From NCBI GenBank assembly GCA_038209745.1, contig JBBQXJ010000109.1, positions 1 through 12,052 on the forward strand: 12,052 nt of DNA, read 5' to 3'. The DNA comes from Verrucomicrobiota bacterium (GTDB taxonomy: Bacteria > Verrucomicrobiota > Verrucomicrobiia > Limisphaerales > CANJSG01). The notes beneath the pieces were generated by a model. It had not been told where the DNA came from, made no database searches, and saw only the letters and a program-made list of their open reading frames with translations. A program made the position numbers and the translations under genes. Positions 1-12,052 of the stretch are shown here, piece after piece; position 1 is the stretch's first letter; each line of letters opens with the position of its first letter.

Positions 1-3000
1 ATCCGGACCAATCTCGCGACGGTGCCGGGAACCACCTACTCCTTGACGATGGGGGTGAGGGACGAGCCTTTGGCGGCTTGGTGGCCGGTGGATGACAACA
101 CTTGGAAGGATCCTATCGGGACGAACACCGGCAACTTCATCAACGGCAGCTACGGCCCGGGCGAGGTGGGGGCAGCGGCGGTTTTCAACGGGTCAAGCTA
201 TGTTCAGGTGCCGTATTCTCCGCGCTTGGATGTGGGTGCCACCAACGGTTTCACGATCGAAGGCTGGGTTCGACCGGACAATATCAATTCCGTCATGCCG
301 CTGGTGCGGTATATTGATGGTTTCAGTTTCACCGAAAGCGTCGGTCTGGCTCTCAATTCCGACGGGCAATCGTTTGCTCCGGGACGTGTGGCGCTCTACA
401 TGGTCGGATCCGACGGTGTCAAGCAGACCAATGCCACGCCGAACGCTGTCTTAAGCCCGAACGTTTGGCAGCACTTGGCGTGGACCTTCGACATCGGATC
501 GGGCGAGTCGCGCCTCTACGTGGATGGGGCCTTGGTTTTGTCGCACAACTTCGGCGTGGTGCGTCCGGAGACTCGTCTGGATCTCTTCATCGGTGGACGA
601 GGCGCGGGCGGCTTCGTGGGCTCATTGGATGAGCTCGCCATTTTCGGCACGGCGTTGGCCGACTCGGAAGTCGGGGCGATCTACCGGGCCGGCGCGCTGG
701 GACGGGATGGCTTGGTCGGTGCCCCCTCGGTCACCTTTGGCGCGGTCACAAAACCGTTCCGCTCGATGACCAATGGCTGGTCGGAATTCCGTTACGACTT
801 CCTGGCAGTGACCGACCAGACGTCGCTGACCCTGACCGGCAGCGCCTGGTGTCCGTTGGTCGACCGGATCGCGTTCTTCAGCGTGACCCACGCCGAGATT
901 CCCATCTACGGGGTTCCTTCGGGTAACACGAACGCGATGCTCGGAGTGGTCAAGTTCGCTTCCTTCCCGATCACGAACGGACTTATGGGCTCAACCTCGG
1001 TCGTGGCGACGGCCTTGAGCAGCGATTTCGATAGGGTCCCCATAAATCGATACGCTGCGGGACAAACTTTCGGAGGGTGGCTTGTGATTTCCGGAGATGT
1101 GGACGTCTTCGATCCTTTGGTCAGCGGAGGCAGATCATTTTCGCCGCCAAACCTGATGGATATCAACGGCGACATTGCCGGAGCCATTTCGCGGCCGCTG
1201 GCTCTAAAACCGGGGACGGACTATCGGCTTTCATTCGCGTTTACCAAGGGTCCTGCCGCCGTCGCACCGTCCGCCAATGTTTCCATCGGTATGCAAAACT
1301 GGCGGGTCTCCGACAGCAAAGCCAACTCGTGGCGATCATTGATGTGGAGCCAGACCTCCGTAGTGTTTAAGGCGACCGCCGACAGCACCAACTTGACTTT
1401 GGCCGGGCTCCCGTCAGCCCCTCCAATTTTTCAAGGGATCCTGTTTGATTCCATCCTACTGGAGGAGCTCGGCGAGGTTCGGCCAGCCTATCTCCTCCCG
1501 GAAGAACCCCTCGACGTTTTCAAGGGCGAGGAAGCCCAAGGAGACTGGACGCTTGAGATCACCGATTCGCGGACCGGAGGTCTGGTCGGGGCGGGCAATC
1601 CGTCGCTCCTGGAATGGAATCTGCAGTTCATCTTTGCTCCTCCCAACGTGACGGCCATGGCTCTGACCAACGGCTATCTGTCGACCAACATTGTCCGGGG
1701 TGCGGAGACAACCTACTTCACCATCGATGTGCCGGCCTTCGCCGGATTCGCGACCAACATCCTCGAAAGCGTGTCGGGTGGGCAACTCAACCTGCTCTTC
1801 AACCAGAACGTCCGGCCGACCGGCACAGCGGCGGGAGACATCTACCTCCAGACGGCAACAACCGGAGGAACCAACGTCCTGGCGGTCAACGGCATTCCGC
1901 CTCTGGTGCCCGGTCGGCGATATTATCTTGGCGTCCAAAACGCCGATCCCGGCACGACCAACACCTTCACCATGCAGGTGTTCTTCGACCGGCTGGTCGG
2001 CATCCCGGGGAATGTGATGGTGCTGACGAATGGCTTCACTTTCGCGACCAATACTGTTCCAGGGGTCGGAATCCAGTATTACGCATTCGACGTGTCGACC
2101 AACGCCACCGGAGCCGCGTTCGAGATCCTGCGCCCGGGCGGCGACGTCAATCTCGTGGTCCGGGGAGCCCTGCCGCTTCCGACCTCCTCGACCTACGACT
2201 ACCTCAGCGCCAACCCCGGCACGAACTACGAATACATCTCGGTGTTGACCAACTCTGCGGTGGCGCCGTTGAAACCCGGCCGGTGGTACCTCGGAGTCTA
2301 CCATGCCGGATTCACCAACTACCCTTATGGGGTTCGTGTGACCGAGGAATACTACTTCGATACCAACAGCCCGGCGTTCCCGGTGACGGAGATCTTCGCC
2401 GATGCTCCCGTCAATCTTGTCGTCACGCCCGGTGCCGTGGTGACGAACTTCTACCGGCTCCACATCGCTGCGGGCGGTGGCGCCGCCCTCTGGGATCTCT
2501 ACAACTTGGCGGGCGACGCCGACTTGTTGCTCGCGAGGGACTACCCGCCGAGCATGGCCCGCTACGACTACATCAGCCGCGCCTTCTCGACGAACCGCGA
2601 GCAGGTGATCGTGGAAACGGATTTCCTGAATCCGATCCTGGCAGGCGACTGGTATGTGGCCTTGCCCAGCAACGCGACGAACGACATCGGAGCGACGTTG
2701 CGGACCACCGTTTCCACGAACGGCTTCCTGCCGGGCTCGGGTCAGATCGTGACCAACATCCTTTCCGACGGGATCGCCGTGACCAACTTCACGGTGGGTC
2801 CTGGAATCGTCGTTTCGAACTACTTCCTTTTCCCGGTGACGGGCAACCCGGCCGGACTGTTGATCGAAGTCTACAACGCCGATGGGGACGTGGATCTGGT
2901 CGTGGGTCAGGACGGAATTCCCTCGGCGACCTTCAACTACACCAGCGCGCGCTTCGGGTTGGCGGCCGAGCGTTTGCTGGCCCGGACCAATGCCGCGCTC

Positions 3001-3354
3001 GCGAACTTCTCGGTCTATCTGCCGAACGTGTCGGGCAACTGGCTGATCGCCACTCCGAATCGGCAGGGAGCGAATGTGACCTTCACGATCCGGGCTACCC
3101 AGGCGAACGCTGCCGGGTTGATCCTCCCCAACGAACCGTTGGAGCTCACCGCGGGCATGTTCGACCCAGTGTTCGGCTCGCTCGACCTGGCTGTGCCGAC
3201 CGTGCCGGGCGAAAACTACCAGCTCCAGTCGTCGACAGATCTGGTGATGTGGACGACCCTCCAAATGTTCCAGGCGGCAGACTACTCCTCGTCGGTCACC
3301 GTGTTCCCGCCGATGATCGGCGCGGAGTTCTATCGAGTCGTGCAGGTGCCATAG
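1..3354 (+). CDS. Large secreted multidomain protein, 5'-truncated (LamG-like jelly-roll, two DUF642/galactose-binding-like domains, C-terminal half of a proprotein convertase P domain, 4 PPC-like repeats, C-terminal FYR-type domain). Possibly the C-terminal part of a subtilisin-like S8 protease or adhesin.
   Basis: Frame +1 is open from base 1 (ATC CGG ACC AAT CTC GCG ACG GTG), so the GTG at 22 is probably not the true start. LamG motifs: [36 protein letters not shown]-domain tail: [19 protein letters not shown]...[11 protein letters not shown]-like motifs: GD(V/A)(N/D)L(V/L) and G-x-WY. Stop TAG at 3352-3354. Confidence 0.85.
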   Translation: MRTNLATVPGTTYSLTMGVRDEPLAAWWPVDDNTWKDPIGTNTGNFINGSYGPGEVGAAAVFNGSSYVQVPYSPRLDVGATNGFTIEGWVRPDNINSVMPLVRYIDGFSFTESVGLALNSDGQSFAPGRVALYMVGSDGVKQTNATPNAVLSPNVWQHLAWTFDIGSGESRLYVDGALVLSHNFGVVRPETRLDLFIGGRGAGGFVGSLDELAIFGTALADSEVGAIYRAGALGRDGLVGAPSVTFGAVTKPFRSMTNGWSEFRYDFLAVTDQTSLTLTGSAWCPLVDRIAFFSVTHAEIPIYGVPSGNTNAMLGVVKFASFPITNGLMGSTSVVATALSSDFDRVPINRYAAGQTFGGWLVISGDVDVFDPLVSGGRSFSPPNLMDINGDIAGAISRPLALKPGTDYRLSFAFTKGPAAVAPSANVSIGMQNWRVSDSKANSWRSLMWSQTSVVFKATADSTNLTLAGLPSAPPIFQGILFDSILLEELGEVRPAYLLPEEPLDVFKGEEAQGDWTLEITDSRTGGLVGAGNPSLLEWNLQFIFAPPNVTAMALTNGYLSTNIVRGAETTYFTIDVPAFAGFATNILESVSGGQLNLLFNQNVRPTGTAAGDIYLQTATTGGTNVLAVNGIPPLVPGRRYYLGVQNADPGTTNTFTMQVFFDRLVGIPGNVMVLTNGFTFATNTVPGVGIQYYAFDVSTNATGAAFEILRPGGDVNLVVRGALPLPTSSTYDYLSANPGTNYEYISVLTNSAVAPLKPGRWYLGVYHAGFTNYPYGVRVTEEYYFDTNSPAFPVTEIFADAPVNLVVTPGAVVTNFYRLHIAAGGGAALWDLYNLAGDADLLLARDYPPSMARYDYISRAFSTNREQVIVETDFLNPILAGDWYVALPSNATNDIGATLRTTVSTNGFLPGSGQIVTNILSDGIAVTNFTVGPGIVVSNYFLFPVTGNPAGLLIEVYNADGDVDLVVGQDGIPSATFNYTSARFGLAAERLLARTNAALANFSVYLPNVSGNWLIATPNRQGANVTFTIRATQANAAGLILPNEPLELTAGMFDPVFGSLDLAVPTVPGENYQLQSSTDLVMWTTLQMFQAADYSSSVTVFPPMIGAEFYRVVQVP
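1663..3099 (+). repeat. Four tandem diverged ~110-aa PPC-like (bacterial pre-peptidase C-terminal) protein repeats, approx. 1663-1989, 2020-2346, 2383-2712, 2761-3099
   Basis: Protein-level recurrence: [103 protein letters not shown]. Boundaries are approximate. Confidence 0.75.
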
Positions 3355-3358
3355 GCCT

Positions 3359-3387
3359 TTGATCTCCGTCGGATTCCGGGCCATGCT
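3359..3387 (+). promoter_or_regulatory. Candidate sigma70-type promoter for uvrA
   Basis: TTGATC (3359-3364), a 17-nt spacer and CATGCT (3382-3387) lie in the 44-bp intergenic gap, ending 11 nt before the ATG. Matches are 4/6 and 3/6 to consensus. No Shine-Dalgarno sequence. Confidence 0.4.
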
Positions 3388-3398
3388 GGCCTTTCCAG

Positions 3399-6325
<2,927 letters not shown>

Positions 6326-6329
<4 letters not shown>

Positions 6330-8980
6330 AGTCCGACGTGTCCGCCATCTGGTCCAAACCGATCCACCGCTGGTTGTGGGGAATCTTCCTTGCAGCCGGT
6401 CTGCTGCTGGGAACAACGGCGGGAAGGGCGGCGGAACCGCCGGAGAGCAAGGAGTTCAACGCCGCGTTGGCTCTTTTCGACGATCATCACTTTGGCACGG
6501 CGGAACGGGCCTTTGCCCAGTTGGTCGCCAAGCATCCCCAGACTCTGTTCCGACCCGATGCGATCCTGTATCAGGCCCAGAGCCGCTTGAACCAGACCAA
6601 TTACGCCGGCGGTCTCGATCTGCTCACCCGGGAACAGGAAAACGCCGGGACCATCGCCGATCGCTATCGGTTCTTCATCGGCGAGGGATTTCTCGGTGCG
6701 GGCAAGTTCCGGGAAGCGGCGGCCGCCTTCGCTTCTCTGCGGCGGGACTTTCCGGATTCCGCCTTCAATCTGGACTCGTTCCAGAGACAAGCGACGGCCT
6801 TGGCGGACGCCGGGGATTGGCCCGCCGTCTCGGAGCTCCTGCTCCAGCCCGAAGGGACGTTCCTGAAGTCCGTTGATGCCGCTCCGGAGGTGACTCCTGT
6901 GGTGCAGGGTCTTCTCTTGGCGGCGGAAGCGGAGATTCGCAATGGCCGACCCCAGGGTGCCGTCCAGTGGCTGGATCGCATTCCGAGTCCTGGACTGCGG
7001 GCTGATCTCCGTTGGAAGCGGCAGTTCCTCCAGGCGCGAGCGCGGGTGGCGGCCGGGCCAATCTCCGACCGGCTGGAAGTCGCGACCAATATCGTGGACG
7101 GAGCCAAGGATCTGAGATCCCCGGAGGCCACAGCGGTCGCCAAGCTGTTTCTCGGGTCGATGCTGGCGGACAGCGGCCGTTCCCTAGAGGCGCTCGCCGT
7201 CTGGGAGGAGGTTCTGGGGGCAACCTCCGGGCCGGCCGAGCCCCGGCGCGAAGCTCTCACCGATCTCGTCCGCCTGATGTTGGGACGCGGCAATCTCGAC
7301 GGCGCGCTGGCGCGGCTCAACCGCTTTCTGGAGTCGTCGCCGAACGATCCGGCTGCCGAGGCCGCGCGATTGTCGCTGGCCGAGATCCAATTGCGCCAGG
7401 CGACGGTCATCGGCGTCACCAATGCCCCCGCCGCCGCCGAGTTGCGGAAAGTCGCTCTCGGGGAACTACAGGCGGTGGTCGCCAAGTCAGGTCCGCCGGT
7501 TTTGCTCGGGCGAGCGTGGCTCCAGATCGGGTGGGTTCATTGGTTGGAGGACCATTTCGCCGAGGCGCGATCGGCCTTTGGCAAGGCGGTAGATCTGTTG
7601 CCTCCCTCGGAAGATGCGACCGTGGCGGCTTTCAAAACCGGCGACTGCGAACTCGCGCTCGGGCATCCACAAACGGCGCTCGACATCTATCGCCAGGTCG
7701 AAGAGCGCCTTGACCGACGACCGGGCCGGGTGTCCGGCCTGCTCGATGAACTGGAGTTTCAACGCCTCCGGGCGGCATTGAACGCGGGGAACCTGTCCGA
7801 GGCCGAACAGGCCGTCACCAATCTGGCCGGGGCCTTCGCCACGAGCGATCTCACGGCGCGGGCGACGGTGCTGCTCGGAGTGCATTTCAGTCGCAATGGT
7901 CGTCTGCAGGAAGCCCGCCGATTGATGGAGAACTTCATCGAAAAGAATCCCAAGTCGCCCTACCGCGACCAGGCGGAGCTCGTGGTCGCGCGTTCCCTGG
8001 ACCGTGAACGCAAGTGGGCCGAAGCCGCCGTCGCATATGATGGATGGCTCCGGGCACACCCTGACAGCGCCCAGCGGCACAAGGTCGAATACCTCCGGGC
8101 GGACGCCACCTATCGCTCCGGAGACCAGGCCGGGGCGTTGGCCTTCTTTTCAAACCTCGCCGCGGAGCGGAAGGACACCGAGGAGTCGGTCTTGGCCGAG
8201 AACTGGCTCGCGACCTACTACTGGAATCTCGGGAACGCCTACGCCGAGGCGCAAAAGCACTATCAGCTTCTTTACAGCCGTTCGAACTGCCCGCCGGACC
8301 TCGCTTTTGGTGCCCGCATGATGGCGGGTCGCGCGGCCTTCGAATCGTCCGACTTCAAGGCGGCGCGGGACGAGTTCACCGACCTCATCGCTTCAGTCCC
8401 GACCACCAATCCTCCGGTGGCACTGGCCGAGGTCTACTTCGCTCTCGGCGACACGATCTCCCGGGAATTTCCCGCCACCACCAACGCCACGACCTACACC
8501 GAAGCGGTCAACGCCTTTCGCCGCATCACTGCCCAGTTTGGCGATACGCCGATCGCGGCCGCCGCTCTCGGCCGGCTCGGTGAGCTGCATGTCGAATGGG
8601 CCGCGCGGTCGCCGGATCCGGCGACCATGGCCGCCGCCGAACTGGCGTTTCAGCAGGCCATCGCGGCACCGAAGGCGTCTCGATCCACGGTGCAGCGGGC
8701 CAAGGTCCGCCTGGGCGCGCTGCGTGAACTGGAGAAGAAACCCGAAGCGGCCTTGGACCAGTATCTGGATGTCGTCTATTCGCCCGAAGAGGCGTCCGTA
8801 GATCTCTACATCGTGCAAGAGGCCGGCCTCGCTGCGGCGCGTTTGCTGGAGGCCGGCTCGCAGTGGGATCGGCTGGTGAAACTCTACGAACGCCTCATCC
8901 AGCTGGTGCCGACGATGCGGCCCAACCTGGCTCCTAGACTCGATGAAGCCCGGGTGCGGATGGTGGGCCGTTCCGGCTGA
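6326..8980 (+). CDS. Exported tetratricopeptide-repeat (TPR) protein, ~884 aa
   Basis: The ATG at 6326 overlaps the uvrA stop (ATGA). It is followed by a signal-peptide-like N-terminus (MKSDVSAIWSKPIHRWLWGIFLAAGLLLGTTAGRAA-EPP). Many Ala/Leu-rich helical repeats of the BamD/CpoB-like TPR type occur, e.g. AERAFAQLVAKHPQT, AAAAFASLRRDFPDS, FIEKNPKSPYRDQAELVVA, AVNAFRRITAQFGDTPIAAAALGRLG. The 5717 start in the ORF track is an out-of-frame extension into uvrA. Confidence 0.88.
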
Positions 8981-9057
8981 ATCCCGGACGCACTTTCTGC
9001 TTCTTGCTCCCTAAACGTGTGGCGTTCCGGAGCGGAGTCCGTTAGACACTGCGCCCG

Positions 9058-10347
9058 ATGAATGACCTGGTCACACATGGCATGGAAGTCCTCGGCACGG
9101 TATTGTTCGCAGTGGCGGTCCTGCACTCCTTTTGCGTCAAACAGTTCGCCCACTGGGCCCATCGATATCCGTCGGGATCCATCGCGGAAAATGTCCTGCA
9201 CTTCATGGCCGAGACGGAGGTCGTCTTCGGCGTTTGGGCGGCGGCGCTGTTCGTCGGAATCATCGCTCTGAGAGGCTCGTTCCACGACGGGGTGGCCTAC
9301 ATCGAAAGCCTCGATGCGAAATACAACGAGCCCAAGTTCGTCTTCGTCATCATGGTTGTGGCGGCGACCCGTCCGGTCGTCCGATTGGCCGAGTGGTTCA
9401 TTTCGATGGTTTCCAGGATCATCCCGGCCAAGCCGCCGGTTGCGTTCTACATCGCGGCATTGTCCGTGGGGCCGCTTCTGGGATCGTTGATCACGGAACC
9501 CGCCGCCATGACGCTTCTCGCGCTGGTCCTGAAACGGCGTTATTTCGACCAGAAGATCAGTCGCAAGCTCGCTTACGCCACCCTCGGCCTGCTCTTCGTC
9601 AATGTCTCCATCGGCGGCACTTTGACCCACTTTGCCGCGCCTCCCGTGTTGATGGTGGCGGCTGCTTGGGGCTGGGACACTCCGTTCATGTTCCTTCATT
9701 TCGGCGATCGGGCGGCGCTCAGTTGCATCGTGTCCACGCTGCTGGTGACCGCGTTGTTCTGGAAGGAGCTGAAGACGCTCGCCGTGGTCAAAGGATCCAC
9801 CACCCTTATTCCTGCGTGGCTGACGGTCCTGCACCTCGCGTTCCTCGGGGCCGTCGTGGCTTTCGCCCACCATCCCAACATCTTCTTCGGCATCTTCATG
9901 GTGTTCCTCGGCCTGGTGACCGCCACGCGTGAATATCAGGACTCGCTGAAACTGAAGGAAGGTCTGCTCGTCGGCTTCTTCCTCGCGGGACTCGTCACCC
10001 TGGGATCGCTCCAGGAATGGTGGCTCAAGCCCCTCATCCAAAGCCTCAGCGGCCATGCGCTCTACTTCGGAGCCACCGGGTTGACGGCGATCACGGACAA
10101 TGCCGCGCTGACCTACCTCGGGTCGTTGGTGGACGGATTGTCCGACGAGCTGAAATACGCCCTTGTCGCCGGCGCCGTCACCGGGGGTGGACTGACCGTC
10201 ATCGCCAATGCGCCCAATCCGGCCGGCGTGGGAATTCTCCAGTCGGCCAAGGCCTTCGGAGACGAGGGCATAAGCCCCTTGGGACTGTTCTTGGGCGCGC
10301 TTCTGCCGACCGCCGTCGCGATCCTCTTTTTCTGGTTCATGCGCTGA
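9058..10347 (+). CDS. Putative Na+/H+ antiporter, DUF1504 family multi-pass membrane protein (429 aa)
   Basis: More than 10 hydrophobic segments. Motifs I recognise from this family: LGSLITEPAAMTL, LFVNVSIGGTLTHFAAPPVLMVA, LLVGFFLAGLV, TAITDNAALTYLGSL, VAGAVTGGGLTVIANAPNPAG. An alternative start at 9082 is possible. Confidence 0.85.
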   Translation: MNDLVTHGMEVLGTVLFAVAVLHSFCVKQFAHWAHRYPSGSIAENVLHFMAETEVVFGVWAAALFVGIIALRGSFHDGVAYIESLDAKYNEPKFVFVIMVVAATRPVVRLAEWFISMVSRIIPAKPPVAFYIAALSVGPLLGSLITEPAAMTLLALVLKRRYFDQKISRKLAYATLGLLFVNVSIGGTLTHFAAPPVLMVAAAWGWDTPFMFLHFGDRAALSCIVSTLLVTALFWKELKTLAVVKGSTTLIPAWLTVLHLAFLGAVVAFAHHPNIFFGIFMVFLGLVTATREYQDSLKLKEGLLVGFFLAGLVTLGSLQEWWLKPLIQSLSGHALYFGATGLTAITDNAALTYLGSLVDGLSDELKYALVAGAVTGGGLTVIANAPNPAGVGILQSAKAFGDEGISPLGLFLGALLPTAVAILFFWFMR

Positions 10348-10448
10348 ACCGCGTCCCTGATCCGAATCTTGGGCCATATCTCGTTTCTCCTATGGGCAAA
10401 GGTCGCTTCGGTCCTTCCGGCGAAGGGCAGGGGTTTCTGCCATTGCCT

Positions 10449-10488
10449 TGTAATCTGTCAGTTGTTACAGGACTCCTCCAGTTAAGCT
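10449..10488 (+). promoter_or_regulatory. Candidate icd promoter/operator region
   Basis: Locally AT-rich. Contains a TGTAA-N11-TTACA dyad (10449-10469) and a -10-like TAAGCT (10483-10488), with TTGTTA 15 nt upstream (suboptimal spacing). Confidence 0.3.
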
Positions 10489-10503
10489 AAAACACCCTCA
10501 AAC

Positions 10504-11859
<1,356 letters not shown>

Positions 11860-11897
11860 TCCAGCAGACGTCGAAGCGACGATACGTTCATTCTCTT

Positions 11898-11927
11898 GCG
11901 GTAGGGCGATGCCTGCATTCCTACCGC
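11898..11927. repeat. Inverted repeat / hairpin downstream of icd (possible terminator or REP-like element)
   Basis: GCGGTAGG (11898-11905) pairs with CCTACCGC (11920-11927), with an inner ATG/CAT stem. No U-tract follows. Confidence 0.5.
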
Positions 11928-11977
11928 TAAGCATGGGCGGAACGTGCCTTCAAAGTCGGAATGCCGGAGCGGTGCTG

Positions 11978-12000
11978 GTAAGGCCAAACTTTGGCCTTAC
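11978..12000. repeat. Perfect 23-bp palindrome
   Basis: GTAAGGCCAAA-C-TTTGGCCTTAC has 11-bp perfect arms and a 1-nt centre. It extends by GCT/AGC with one bulge. Confidence 0.7.
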
Positions 12001-12052
12001 AGCCCCCCCGGTCAACGCCCCAACCCCCGCCAAGCCCATGTGATTTGCCCCA

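Noticed and set aside
22..24. GTG start of the 1110-aa ORF
   Set aside because: The frame is open to base 1, there is no signal peptide, and the sequence begins mid-domain. The gene most likely starts upstream of the window.
1..3354. Diversity-generating retroelement target or CRISPR-like DNA repeats (many AAC codons)
   Set aside because: No near-identical template/variable repeat pair, reverse transcriptase or regularly spaced direct repeats were seen. The AAC abundance reflects Asn usage.
1456..3384. 642-aa antisense ORF and 582-aa alternate-frame ORF (1614-3362)
   Set aside because: Arg/Gly/His-rich shadow ORFs produced by high-GC3 codon bias of the real gene, with no recognisable motifs.
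3150..3398. Possible SOS/LexA box upstream of uvrA (several TGTTC half-sites at the end of the upstream gene)
   Set aside because: No correctly spaced GAACA partner was found. The half-sites are explained by Met/Val-Phe codons.
11932..12040. CATGGGC/GCCCATG long-range inverted pair suggesting a structured ncRNA
   Set aside because: Only 7 bp in GC-rich DNA, with no recognisable RNA family features.

Overview
High-GC bacterial chromosomal segment with five genes, all on the + strand. The protein style suggests Verrucomicrobiota (Pedosphaerales/Limisphaerales-like), which is an inference. The genes are: (1) the 3' part of a very large secreted mosaic protein truncated by the window start, with a LamG-like domain, two galactose-binding/DUF642-like jelly-rolls, half a proprotein-convertase P domain, four PPC-like repeats and a C-terminal Y-x-LQ-x-S-x-DL-xx-W...FYR domain; (2) uvrA; (3) a signal-peptide-bearing TPR protein translationally coupled to uvrA; (4) a DUF1504-type putative Na+/H+ antiporter; (5) NADP-dependent isocitrate dehydrogenase (icd), followed by two palindromes. 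I found no RNA genes, CRISPR arrays or mobile elements. The most intriguing signals are a strong Thr-Asn dipeptide enrichment in the two exported proteins (possible lineage-specific modification sequon), the nested domain-in-domain architecture and codon-usage mosaicism of the surface protein, and its putative C-terminal sorting domain. All counts were made by hand and should be recomputed.
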